Part shown: piece after piece, positions 50,800 to 62,449 of the stretch
Position numbering within the stretch: position 1 is the stretch's first letter
Layout: each line of letters starts with the position of its first letter
NCBI RefSeq assembly: GCF_036321535.1
Contig: NC_087447.1
Coordinates: 49,540,001 to 49,604,000 of the forward strand
Length of the DNA: 64,000 nucleotides
Direction of reading: 5' to 3'
Source of the DNA: Camelus dromedarius
Taxonomy: Eukaryota
Made by a program: the position numbers and the translations under genes
The notes under the pieces: generated by a model
What the model was told of the DNA's origin: nothing
What the model saw: the letters and a program-made list of their open reading frames with translations, nothing else
The model's database searches: none

Positions 50800-51032
50800 G
50801 CCTCTACAACTACTATGATGACGAGAAGGAAAAGCTACAAATTGTGGAGATGCCCCTGGCCCATAAGCTCTCTAGCCTCATCATTATCATGCCCCACCAT
50901 GTGGAGCCCCTCGAGCGCCTTGAAAAGATGCTGACCAAAGAGCAGCTGAAGATCTGGATGGGGAAAATGCAGAAGAAGGCTGTTGCCATCTCCTTGCCCA
51001 AGGGTGTGGTGGAGGTGACCCACGACCTGCAG
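50800..51032 (+). CDS. SERPINH1: SERPINH1 coding exon 3 (gene exon 4)
   Basis: ctctcag|GC CTC TAC...CTG CAG|gtgagt; 233 nt encoding [43 protein letters not shown]...VTHDLQ. Cumulative length is 954 nt (phase 0). Confidence 0.99.
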
Positions 51033-51204
51033 GTGAGTGGTGGCCCAACTCAGAGGCCTGCAGGGCTTGCGGGGGGGTAGAGCGCCTGGGGCACCCATTC
51101 ACCAGCTCAGCAGGTCTGTCCTGAACCCTCTGGGTATCCAAGCAGTACTGGGCTCTGCCAGGGGAAGAGGCGTGGGCCTTGTCCTTGGGAAGAGGATGAA
51201 AACA

Positions 51205-51430
51205 TCAGTAGCTAAATACAATTGAGCACGTGCTATATGCCAGGCATTCTTCTTAAGCACTTTGTATGTATTAAACTCTTAATCCTCAAAACTTTATTAG
51301 GTAGGACTATCAACCTTATTTTACAGATGAGGAAACAGGCTCAGAAAGGTGAAATAACTTATCCAAAGTCACATAGGCAATAACTCAGACATCTGGCACC
51401 AAGCCATGCCCTTAATCTTATGCTGTGCTA
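51205..51430 (-). mobile_element. MIR SINE in SERPINH1 intron 4
   Basis: TATTTTACAGATGAGGAAACAGGCTCAGAAAGGTGAAATAACTT. Confidence 0.85.
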
Positions 51431-51457
51431 TCTCTGAGTCTGAAGTGCCCCACAGTA

Positions 51458-51490
51458 CAGGCATGCCTCGTTTTATTGTGCTTCGATACA
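51458..51490 (+). mobile_element. Tigger1 terminal fragment
   Basis: A TA target site followed by CAGGCATGCCTCGTTTTATTGTGCTTCG, resembling the Tigger1 5' terminus. Confidence 0.65.
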
Positions 51491-51649
51491 GAGAGACGCC
51501 ACTGAGGATGCAGTTTCAGGGAGGCTGTCGAATGGAGAGCAGGGTCGGGCATGCTAAGGGGTGAGGCTGCAATGCGAGTACAGTTTACATGAAAGAGCTT
51601 GTATTTGCTTTCAGGGGCTATGTAGAGCCATGGAAAGGGTGTGTGTGTG

Positions 51650-51835
51650 TGTTTTAATTTTTTACTATGAAAATGTTTAAAAATATATTAATACAGAGAT
51701 TAGTATAAGGAACCCTCATGTATCCATCACTTAACATCAACTATCATCAACTCATGACCAATAAGGATTCATTTATACACACCCATTCCTCCTCCATCAG
51801 ATTATTTTGAAGCAAACCCCAGACATCATATCACT
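51650..51835 (-). mobile_element. Old L1M (L1MC-like) 3' end fragment
   Basis: AT-rich; GAACCCTCATGTATCCATCAC...GATTATTTTGAAGCAAACCCCAGACATCATATC. Confidence 0.65.
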
Positions 51836-51885
51836 CTGGAAAGGTTTTAAGCCACAGAGTGATGTGGTCATAGCTGTCCTTAGCT

Positions 51886-52056
51886 CAGTCCTTCTCAAAC
51901 TCGAGTGTGTGGAGGATTACCTGAAGAGCTGGTTAAAAAAGGTTCCCTGACTGTGATTCAGTGGCTCTGGGCTGAAGTCAGGGGATGTGCATTTCATATA
52001 AGCCCCCAGAAGTTGCCCTGGCTGGCTGTCCGCTACCCACACTTTGAGAAGCACAG
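51886..52056 (+). mobile_element. MER5A-like hAT MITE in SERPINH1 intron 4
   Basis: TTCTCAAACT...ATTACCTGAAGAGCT...TGATTCAGTGG...CACACTTTGAGAAGCAC. Confidence 0.7.
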
Positions 52057-52326
52057 GTCATGATTGCTCGGTGGGGCCAGGCATAAATTCTGCCTTTCCC
52101 CGCCGAGTCTTAGTTTCCTCATGTGTGCAGTGGCAATCAGAAGCTCCTGCAGGTTTGTCATGAGTTTGATGTACTGTGCCATGTCTGGCATACAGCAAGT
52201 AGCCAGGGGGTAGTAACCTCTGCTCTGAGGATCAGATGGGAGGAGACAGTGGGCTGGGTGGATGGAGGGTGAGGGTCTAGAAGCCTTGCCCACCGTGGCC
52301 TCACCAGCACCCACCTGGTCCTGCAG

Positions 52327-52629
52327 AAACACCTGGCTGGGCTGGGTCTGACTGAGGCCATCGACAAGAACAAGGCAGACCTGTCGCGCATGTCGGGCAA
52401 GAAGGACCTGTACCTGGCCAGCGTGTTCCACGCCACTGCCTTCGAATGGGACACAGATGGCAACCCCTTCGACCAGGACATCTATGGACGTGAGGAGCTG
52501 CGCAGCCCCAAGCTCTTCTACGCCGACCACCCCTTCGTCTTCCTGGTCCGAGATGCCCAGAGCGGCTCCCTGCTGTTCATCGGGCGCCTGGTCCGGCCCA
52601 AGGGTGACAAGATGCGAGACGAGTTGTAG
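52327..52629 (+). CDS. SERPINH1: SERPINH1 last coding exon (gene exon 5), ending in the ER-retrieval signal RDEL
   Basis: cctgcag|AAA CAC CTG...GAC GAG TTG TAG; 303 nt encoding [41 protein letters not shown]...[15 protein letters not shown]...[11 protein letters not shown]. Total CDS is 1257 nt = 418 aa. Confidence 0.99.
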   Translation, partial: KHLAGLGLTEAIDKNKADLSRMSGKKDLYLASVFHATAFEWDTDGNPFDQDIYGREELRSPKLFYADHPFVFLVRDAQSGSLLFIGRLVRPKGDKMRDEL

Positions 52630-53335
52630 GGCCCCAGGGTGGGCGCTGGGTGGCAGGGGGCAGTGGAAGGCTCCTGAGACACATGGGTGCTATGGGGGTG
52701 GGGAGCTGAGGTACCGACCTTGGACAGTCCCTGGGGTGGGGGTGGGAAAAAAGAGCGGGCTTCCGTGTGTCTGAGCAGACCTTCCCAGCCAGAAGTCACT
52801 CTGCTTGGACACGGGCCCATGATGCTGAGCCCAGAGACCCCACATCCTGTGGGAGCTGGGCAGTGGTTGTTGAGCCCTGCCCTCAGTCCTGGGGACCCAG
52901 CCTGCCTCAATCAGTGTTCATATTTATAGTCAAGTGCTTTCTCATTTGTGAGACGGCATCGAGTTGGGGGTTCAGCCAAGCCCTCTTGGAATGGGGATCC
53001 TCTTTTCCTGACACTACCACCACCTCAGCCCCCTCCCCAGATCTCCCCCAATTTTCTCCCAACTTCCCTCAACTATAAAACTAGGTGCTGCAGCCCCTGG
53101 GACAGGTACCCCCACAATGGCCCTGGCCTCAGAGAGGGGGTCAGGAAATAGCTCATGGTTTGTGGGGGGCGCTTGGGCAAACTCTGGTCAGGCATCATGG
53201 GGATGAACATTTTTTTCCCTTTTATAGATTTTTCAAAGATGGGAAGGAAAGGGGGTAATTGAGCCTTTGTTGCTGTCAAACCAAGAACTTATTTGTACAA
53301 ATTTTTTTTTCAATAAAACTTTTCAGTGAAATTTA
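52630..53335 (+). other. SERPINH1: SERPINH1 3' UTR (end approximate)
   Basis: Runs from the TAG to just past AATAAA (53312-53317), which is preceded by TGTA and a U-rich tract. Confidence 0.85.
53312..53317 (+). terminator. SERPINH1: SERPINH1 polyadenylation signal AATAAA
   Basis: AATAAA about 680 nt after the stop codon, with upstream TGTA (CFIm-type) and a T-run. Confidence 0.85.
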
Positions 53336-53431
53336 ATCAGAGCATGGAAGATGATTGGATCAGAAATTCCATGTCATTCTTCCTGGGGACAAGGACTCCT
53401 TCTGTTAAGCCACATTTGCTATAATAGTCCT

Positions 53432-53584
53432 TGTCAGGCCCTGAAATGCTGGCAGATAACTGCAGATAATACCACGCGGCAGGCCCACTATTTTGCCAAA
53501 ACAATTTCCCAGTCAGCACATAGTGGGCCTGCCGCATGGTATTATCTGCAGTTACCTGCCAGCATTTCCTCAGGGCTCCTGACA
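53432..53584. repeat. Long inverted repeat (49-bp arms, 2 mismatches, 28-nt loop, bulged outer extension)
   Basis: 53443-53491 is the reverse complement of 53520-53568 except at 53456/53555 and 53475/53536. Outer pairings are tgtcagg/cctgaca and ccctga/tcaggg. Confidence 0.97.
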
Positions 53585-54009
53585 TCACAGCTCAGGGAGG
53601 GAGAGGGCGAATGGGATGCATAGGATAGAAGTCCCATGGCCAGGGAGGCAGAGGAGCAAAGGAAACTGAATTTATGACCTTTCTCTGCTGCTTGCTGGCT
53701 GTGTGACTTTAGGCAGGTCACTACCTCTCTCTGGGCCTCTCCAGCTTTCCTTTGCCAACAGCTCTGCCCTGGGGGTTGCTGGTCCAGAGAGGGAGCTGGG
53801 CCGTGCAGTTGGAGTCCTCCAAGGTGTGAATGGGGCCACAGATTCATTCCCATTATTACCATAAGGCAACATGACTGTTTGGAGCTCCCAAGTCTCCTGT
53901 GTTATAGACACAATAAATTATATCTATGCCCTCAGGAGGCTTCATCTAGAGGTAGAGACTTAGGGGCAGTGACAAGTATGCTCAGTACTCGCTGTGTTCC
54001 AGTCCCCTA

Positions 54010-54400
54010 AATCATTCTGTTCCCAGACATGACACTCATTCTGCCTCAGGGCTTTTGCCCTAGCTGTTCTTTCTGCCTGGCAAGTTGTTCTTCTAGATCT
54101 TTGTAAGGCTGCTTTTTTGTCATCCAGAACTCAGTTTAAATGTCATCTGCTCAAGTCCTTCCCTGACCACCCAGCACAAGCAGCTCCTTCCCCCCATCAG
54201 TTTCTTTACTATGTTTTCATATTTTACTGATTCCTTAGTGCTCTGAAATTACCAGCTATAGACACATTCACCATCTGCCCCCACTACCAGAATGGAAGCT
54301 CCATGAGAGTAGGGATCGTGTCTTATTTGTCACTGTATGTCCTTCACCCAGATTCAGCGTCATACACGCATGGCAGTAAAACATATTTGCTGACTTAAGT
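54010..54400 (+). mobile_element. L2 3' end
   Basis: CTGCCTCAGGGCTTTTGC...CCTTCCCTGACCACC...AGAATGGAAGCTCCATGAGAGTAGGGA. Confidence 0.75.
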
Positions 54401-54579
54401 AAGTAAAAGAGCTGTGTTGGAAGGGCACCAAGGCTATGAGAGTCTAGAGGTGGAAGCCATGACTGCCGTGGGGAGATCAAGGAAGGCTCCTAGGAGGAGG
54501 TGACATGTGGGCTGCCTTGAAGGGTGAGTAGGCATTTCTTAGTCAGAAGAATGATTTTAATACTACCAGCTGGTCATAC

Positions 54580-54770
54580 CTTTGTATTTTGCTTCTACTA
54601 TGTGCTGAGCACTTTGTCAGGTACTTGATATATATACATTTTGGCTACATAACAGCTTGGCTGGGTAGGGATTATCCCCATTTTACAGGTGAGATAACTG
54701 AGGCTGAGAGAGGTTAAGCAACCTGCCTGAGGCTTCACAGCCAGTGGGGCTGAGCTGGGAATTGTAAGCT
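54580..54770 (-). mobile_element. MIR SINE
   Basis: ATTATCCCCATTTTACAGGTGAGATAACTGAGGCTGAGAGAGGTTAAG. Confidence 0.85.
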
Positions 54771-55889
54771 GGATAGTTCTTCCTCCACACCACACAGGAA
54801 GGGCAGGAGGGGAACTGGCCACATTCTAATAATAAAGGTGCATAACCTGCTTATAATTTATATATGTCATCCTACTGAATCTCCACAATAGCCCAGTTAG
54901 GTAGGAAGACAGCCTAATCACACAGGTGCAGATCAGAGTTGGGCAGAGACTGGACTGGAACTCAAAACCCTTGGATCCAAAGTTCAGCCTGCAACAGCTC
55001 CCCCAGCCAGTGGGACTGGGCAGTGGAAGAAGGCAGGGCTGGGTGTGGGGCTGCCCAGATGACGCAAAGGGGGCCCTGAGACCTGCTGCTTCCATCTGGA
55101 CACAGATAGGGGTGGTGGTGAGAGGTCTGTGCTCCCACCTCACGCTGAGGGGTGGGGTTGCTGGTGTGAAGGATGGCAGGGCAGGTGGCCAAGGTGTTGA
55201 ACCAGCGGTATCAGCGCCCTTGGCCCATCAAGGCCTTGTGTGGAGCTTTCTTGCCGCCTGGAGGCCATGCAAGGGACCGCCTTGTTATTTCCACTATGGT
55301 GCTTGTTAAAGTCTCAGAGAGATGATGACCTTGCTGCATTGGGTGGGTCCTGCTTGTGAGTACAAGTGCAGGGAGACAGGGATTAACTTTCTACTGAGCA
55401 CTGACTTCGGCCCTGGCACTGCTGTGTATGATCTCATTTAACTCTTAGAGCCTCCCTCGGGGGTAGCTATTACCATCCCAAGTTACAGATGAGAAAACGG
55501 GCTCAGAGAGGTAACATGACCAGGCCAAAGCCACCCAGCAGGTCAATGATAGAGCCTGGCATGTATGGGAGCCCAGGTCTCCTGGCTGTGGAGGAGGGAG
55601 GTTGTTGACATACAGGAGCTCTGCACTCCACAGTTTATAGGCGGCAGTCAGTAACCAATGCAGTTCTATGTAATCTTTACTCCAGTTCCTGCAGCCTGAG
55701 GCTTATTATTCTGCATCTTATGGATGAGGAAACAGACTCCAGCTGAAACCTCCTTGAGAACGGATCCTTGTCTACCTGTGCCCTGCCACATCCCCATACC
55801 AAGCACAAAACCTGGCACATAAGAGGTGCCTAATAAATGCTCATTCAAAGCAGGTGGGCCAGTGGGTGCTTTGGTGCTTAGCGGCAGAG

Positions 55890-56100
55890 ACACTGGAGAC
55901 TGGCAGACCTGATGGGAATACCAGCTCTGCCACTCCTAGCTGTGTGACCTTGGCCAGTTGCTTAACCTCTCTGAGCTTCAGTTTCCTCACTAGTCAGATA
56001 AGAATGATAACAGTACGTACCTCATAAAGCTGTGAGAATGAAATGAGGTAATCCATGATGCTTGGCAAATACTATGTGGTCAAGAAATATTAGCTACTAA
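55890..56100 (+). mobile_element. MIR SINE (many more MIR/L2 fragments in the window are not listed individually)
   Basis: CAGCTCTGCCACTCCTAGCTGTGTGACCTTGG...CTTAACCTCTCTGAGCTTCAGTTTCCTCA. Confidence 0.85.
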
Positions 56101-57354
56101 TAAGAGAAGGTAATTCACTCAAGATCATACTGCAGATCTGGGATTTAAACCCAGATCCTACAACTTTAAACCCTGATTCTTTCCATCATGCCATACCACC
56201 TGGGGGGCAAGCTGAACTGAAGTGGTCAGGGGAGGCACCCTGGAAGAAGAGGTGCTAGAGCTGAGTAGGAAAGAGGCATTCCAGAAGAGAGGCACAGCGT
56301 GAACAGAGGTGCGGCTGCTGGACTGGGCACAGAGAGCCTGGGACACAGTGAGGGGCCTGTGGTGGTGTGGGGGTGAGCTGGAGGCCTGGGCACCAGGTGC
56401 TGGGTCAAACGGCTCTGAGAGAGGCTGGAGTGGAAGGAGGGGGATGAAGAGGGGCCCCAAGGCCAGTGAACGTTCTTGTAGGAGCAGAGCAGATGGTTTT
56501 GCCATGCCCACCCCTCCAATTTCCCTCGTCTCCGCACAGCCCCCACCTGACTTCTCATCCCCTCCCCTGGACTTTCCTGCCTCTCCTTTTGCTCATGTGG
56601 TCTCTTCTGCCTGGGATCATGCCTCCTCCACCTCTGCCTGTGGAGGCCCTCCTCATCCTTCAAGACTATCTCAAAGGTTACCAACTCCCCAGGGACCCCT
56701 CCCGGCTCCTGTCAGAAGTGGGCTTCTTCTGCGCTCCCGGTGCTCTGTCGAAGTATCTCTGGGCAGCCGACACTGCATTTTCCCTTCTTTCCCTGGAGGG
56801 AACTTGGCCCTTGACTACATTTTGCTGTCACCTTTCTTCCTTTCCCTCAGTCTGACATGGACATGTCTGCTCAGCTCCGCCCCCAACCACACTCCTACCT
56901 CCAATGTCTAGTTTGTAGGGGGAGCATGAAGTTCACATGTCCAGGCACGAGCTGATGCACTTGGCTGGCAGTTCCAGCAAGAATTAGAAAGTGTTTTGAC
57001 ACTTCAGTTACACCTACTGAGAAGTAGTCAGCTCTCAGTCTTTTTTCCCATGTCATTTGTCCATTTATGCATTCTTGGTATAAGCTAGAGATCATAAGCT
57101 CAACAGGGGAGGGGAGTGCTAAGCTCTGTTATATAACTTATCAAGACATGAGTTTGATGTTGCAGTCAACAGATCACATTGTCTGTTTGTCAGCTGAATT
57201 CACAGCACTGCTAGATCTCGGGTGAAATTGAGGACACTGATCTCAGGGTGGGAATTAGGGGACATATGGGAGGATTTGGATGATTGAGAGCACCCCTTGC
57301 AGCGGAAGCTGCCTTGCCTGAAGACCTTGAAATGACCTTGTCTTAGTAGTAACC

Positions 57355-57782
57355 CTGTTAAGTGTTTTAGTTGTTTATTGCAGAGAAACAAGCCACTCCA
57401 CACTTAGCTGCTTAAAATGACAATTCATTCTTTTTCATAGATCTGCAGGTTGGCCGGGCAGTCCTTCCACTGGTCTTGTCCAGGTTCCCTCAGGTGGATG
57501 CATCCACTGGATGCTGGGCTCAGCTGGGATGGCTGGGCACTTAGCCTCTCTCTTACGTGGTCCTGCATCCCCATCTTCTTCCTGGCATGGTGGCCTCAGG
57601 ATTCTGAGAGGATGAAGGCAGGAGCTAAGGCCTGGGCTCTGCAACTTAAATCATGTTGCTTCCATCACATTCTGTTGGTCAAAGTAAGTCACAAGGCAGG
57701 CTCAGATTCGAAGGGTGAGGAATAGACTCCACCTCTGGATGGAAGGTGCAGCAAAATATCGTGGGCATGTTTTCAAAACCTA
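57355..57782 (-). mobile_element. MaLR LTR (MLT1H-like)
   Basis: CATCACATTCTGTTGGTCAAAGTAAGTCACAAGG...ATAGACTCCACCTCTGGATGG. Confidence 0.7.
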
Positions 57783-57789
57783 GGGGAAG

Positions 57790-60720
57790 GACAATCTTCT
57801 TCACACACTAATCCCATTCTTTCCAGTCCTATAACTGGAGTTAGATGCCTGCCTACCTTAGGGGACTAGTTCCAGAGTCAACTCTGGGAGGAAGAAGCAA
57901 AAATATCAAAACAAAAGAATTGCAAGCTTTTGCTAATATATATTAGCAAAAAGTCTGGGTAACATACGTGGGGATGTTTTCTGTGGGTGTTAGTCCATGG
58001 AGGCAGGAATATAACGTTCATTGGGCTGAATTTATTCATATGGGTACATTTACCTAAGATTCAGGGTCAGTGTGCCAGTTTGGAAGCTAGGAGTGGTTTT
58101 TATTGTTTGCTTAGCTGGTTGACTGCAACCTGGATTCAACCGAGACCTATGCTTAATTGATGTTGAAATGCCAGATTTCCTTGCTTTCATATAGAGGAAG
58201 GAATCCAATGCTAAGGGAGCAAGGAATGTTGATGTGGATTTACTCTGTGTGACCCACTCACATACCCACTAACCAAGTTCCACACTCCTGACTTCCTCTC
58301 ATAGAGCCTGGAGGAAACTCCCTTCACCAAGGCATGGAGAAATACATTAGTGTGGGAACATCTCTGAAACGTGATGTAGTACTTGTTTTCTGCAGGCGAG
58401 GGATACTGGTGGAAGATGCTGCCACAGAAGTGGGCTCCATGATTTTAGTGGATATGATGGGGATCCCAGGGGAGCAGAGCACACACAGTAGCATTTGGCC
58501 ACCTGGACATCAGATGCCAAGTGGTAATCAGAATGGTCCAACCCACAGATGCTGTTAGCAAAGGCTAATTGTTTAAGGGCTAAATAGGACCAAAGGGACC
58601 AAACAGATAGGCAGCCTCAAAGTCCTCCTTAATCTATACAACAGAAACAACAAAGCGAAACAACAAAGCCAAACAACAAACAAAACCCTCCAGATCTGGT
58701 AGCAGAAGGCTGATTTGACCCCTGATGAAAGAGAACCTTGGTCCCTCCCCTAAAGCCCCTTGAATGGAAGAGAGGCCAGTACCCGTCATAGTGGAACCTT
58801 CAATAACACCCTCCAGATACATACTGTAAATCTTCCTTTTACCCTACCTTCCACAATAGGTCCTGGACCATTTGCCAGAGAACTGTGCTCTGTGAAAGGA
58901 AAAAAACACAGGCTTTTCAGGGATCAGTAGAACTTGAGTCTATTTAATGCTAATTCCTGAGAAAACCACTGTGTAGAGGCTCAGGTGGGTCAGGTGACAA
59001 CTGGAATTTTGACTTAAGTCTAGGCATGGTGCCTGGAATCATCCTACAATTATATTTTTAGTTTCAGGGTGTATAATTGAAATTCACAGGCTGAATTCAC
59101 ACATGAGCCTCCAGACCCGTGGAATAAGGGCCATTATGGTAGAAGGGGCCAATTAGAAACTTCTGGAAACTTTTCTTCTTATCAATAAACCAAAGTAATG
59201 GTGCAAATCCAGGAGAATCACAGAAATTTGTGCCCTCATCAAAGACTTGAAAGATGCACAGTGGTTTCTATTACATCCCACTTAACTCACCTCTTTGGTC
59301 TGCACAGAAGGCATAGGTCTTGGAGAATGACCAGGAATTAGCATAAACTTAGATGATTCCAGTTGCATCTACTATTCTAGGTGTGGTCTTTTTATGGGAG
59401 CGAATATACATTTTTTTATCACTTGCTATTAAACTATTTATCTGAAAAAGAATTTTTTTTTATATCTTCCACTACAGAAAATAACAGAAACAACTTTCTG
59501 TTTCTTGGCAGGGACAGCAGTACAGCTTTCTCATCTTGTCTTGAAACTCCCCAAGTCTCTGGTTCTCTGTTACAATGTAACCTATGGGGATTTTGATCAT
59601 CCTCCCATATCACAGGGCACCATACTTGTTTACTACATTGATCACATCATGTTCATAGGATTCAGAGAGTAGAAAGTAGCAGGTACTTCAGATGCACTTG
59701 TAACATACAAATGTGCTGAGCATGGGAGATAAATTCCGTAAGAACATCTGCCATCTGAGTGAAGTTTCTGGGAGTTCAGTGGTCTGGAACATGCCAGGAA
59801 AGATGTTAGTCAGGGTTCTCCAGAGAAACAGAATCAAGAGAAGATACAGCTCTAGATACGTGTATAGAGAGATAGAGATATATATAAAAAGATATTTATT
59901 ATAAGGAATTGGATCACACAATTATGGAGGCTGAGAAGTCCCAAGATCTGCAATCAGCAAGCAGTACAGTTCCAGTCCAAGTCTGAAGGCCTGAGGAAAG
60001 CTGGTGGTGTTAAGTTCCAGTCTAAAGGCAGGGGAAGACCAATGTCCCAGCTTAAACACCGTCAGAGAGCAAATTCTCCCTTAGCCTTTTGTTCTGTTTC
60101 AACAGACTTGATGAGGCCCACCCACACTGGGGAGGGCAATCTGCTTTACTCAGTCTATAGATTCAAATGTTAATCTCACTCCTTACAGACACATCCAGAA
60201 TAGTGTTTGATCAAACACCTTGGCACCCAGTGGCCCTGTCAAGTAGACACATAAAATTAACAGTCACATCCTGCAAAGCGAAAGAATTTGAAGTGCTTTC
60301 TGCCCCCTAGTAGTAGTAGTAAGAAAGATGCACACTTGTTGGGCTTCTGTGTATCTTGGTGGCAACATACATCACATTTTGGTGTGCTGCTGATTCATTT
60401 ATGGAGTAACCAGTAAGGCTGCCAGCTCTGAGTGGAGTGCACAGCAAGTGAGGGCTTCCAGGTGGTCCAGGCTGAAGGGCAGGCAGCTCTTGCTTAGAAC
60501 CCAGCAAATCCAAAGGTGATTTGGGTGTCTGCAGCAGACGGGGATGATGTCTGAGCTCTGAGCAAACTGAGAGAAGAAACACATGGAGCATCTAGGAGCT
60601 AGGAGCAAGGCCAGGCACTCCTTGGCAAGCAATTTTCCTCCTTTTGAGGAAGAGCTCTTGGCTGGCTGCTGGGCCTGCTGAGAATGGTTCTTGTGTGGGA
60701 GGCACCAGCAACTAGGAAAG
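57790..60720 (+). mobile_element. Degraded ERVL internal region (gag-pol), interrupted by an MLT2 LTR
   Basis: ERVL gag-like GCTGAATTTATTCATATGGG at about 58025. RT catalytic motif remnant TAC ATT GAT CAC (YIDH, from YIDD) at 59634-59645. Pol segment resembling LVGLFGFWRQHIPH...KAASFEW at about 60330-60440. Many stops and frameshifts. Confidence 0.8.
59803..60268 (-). mobile_element. MLT2B-like ERVL solo LTR, antisense within the ERVL internal region
   Basis: TTAGTCAGGGTTCTCCAGAGAAACAGAA...TTTATTATAAGGAATTGG...GGAGGCTGAGAAGTCCCAAGATCTGC...GACACATAAAATTAAC. Confidence 0.88.
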
Positions 60721-61599
60721 TAATTAACGACTGTCACACATACTCTTCTCTTTTCTCAGGAATACTTGGGGTGGCTGTGCCCAGTGAGTGCTTACTGGAA
60801 TCTCAGTGAATCATGCGTCAGATGTGAAAATACACAATTTCTCTCCTTTTTTATCCCCCATGTACTGGACTTGGGCTTCTGATCCCTCTACTCCAGAGAC
60901 TCTGATTACCACGTCCACTGGTGATCTCTTTATTGTTAGTGGATACTTAAAAGTTTATTTGGGAAATACAGAAAATTTCAAATGTGTGAAAGTTGAAAGA
61001 ATAGTATAATGAACTTCCATATACCCATCACTTCAATATGTATTGACATTTTACCCATTTTGTCCAGTGGATGTTTTTAATAATCCATCTCATAGGGAAG
61101 TGCTCATGGTCTCTGATTCTGTTGATCCCTTCCTCCTTGATGTTTTCCCCAATGTGACATTCTTTTCTAGTTCTCCTTTGACCTTTCTACTGCTCCATGG
61201 CCAGCTCTACTCAGGGCCTTCTTCCTCTCCTGTCCCTTATATGTTGGTGTTTCCCAAGGCTCTGTCTTGGACTCTTCTCTCACTCGCCACACTCTCCCTG
61301 GGTAAACGTACCCTCTCTCACGGCCTCACATACCTTCCCAGGGCTGGGGCTTGTGAGACCCACATTTCAGTGTGGTCCACATCTTTGCCTTCATCCCAGA
61401 CCCCTGTCCTAGGCTGAGACCACTATATCCAGACATCTCCTAGACACCCCTCTCTGTCCCAAAGGCATCTTCCACTCAACATGTACCCAAGTGAGTTCAT
61501 CCTCCTGTCTAAACCTGCTGTTTCCTGTATTCCCATTCATTCACTCAACACATAGTTATTACATATCTATTGAGTATATAAGAAAAAATGGAAGACTTT

Positions 61600-61728
61600 G
61601 AAATAAGCAAAGAAATCACTGCACTGCTATAATAAAAAAAAAAAAGGGACAATAACAAATGTGGTCAAGAATATGGAGAAATTGGAACCCTCATACATTG
61701 TTGGTGGGACTATACGATGGTGTAGCCC
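61600..61728 (+). mobile_element. L1 ORF2 fragment
   Basis: GACAATAACAAATGT...ATGGAGAAATTGGAACCCTCATACATTGTTGGTGGGA...TGGTGTAGCC. Confidence 0.75.
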
Positions 61729-62449
61729 TTGCCCCCCAAGAATCAGGTCTAAGCTCATGGAGGATGTTAAACTGGATGGGCTGAGGTGGAGAGAGGATTA
61801 AAGTGTAGGTGCTTGAATGGGTGAGGGGGTAGAGTGGGCTGACTTGGGGAACAGGGGTGTGTAGAAAGGGTAGGGACCTGGAAGTCTGGATTATGGGACT
61901 TCTGAGGGATGGGCTCAGATGTGGATGGCTACAGGAGTGCCTGGGAACCACCATAAACACCATATAACCCAGGGAGGCTCTGGGAGCTCCCCAGCCAAAT
62001 ATGGTGTAGGGGGAGTGGGGCTGCCATTGCTCCCCTGGCTGGGCTGGGGCAGCCACAGTGACAACCTATGCGTCTTTTCATGATGGCCAAATCCTCTGCG
62101 ACCTAGTGACAGGGAACCTCCAGGATAATGACTAATATTAGAGTTCCTGCCAACCCTGGCAGCGAGAGGAGGGGCTCCAACTAGATTTGATTTCTCGAAA
62201 TAAAGAAATGCCTCATTTCTTACACTCCGAGTGCCATCATTAATTTATATATAGAATTATCAGCTACAATACATGTGAGGTAAGAGGGGTGCCCAGAGAG
62301 ATAGAGAAAAGAGGGCAGATTCACTATTTATTTAGCAGCTGGAGTGTACATGTTTTAGTGAAGGACTGGAAATTCGGGGGTGGGGGTGGTGGAAGATTTC
62401 TGCCTGAGAATAGGGTGCATTCCCCCATCTCCTTACTCTAGGTGATCCA

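Noticed and set aside
52033..52910. Antisense and alternate-frame ORFs over the last SERPINH1 exon
   Set aside because: They are shadows of the real CDS extending into intron or UTR, with no recognisable protein.
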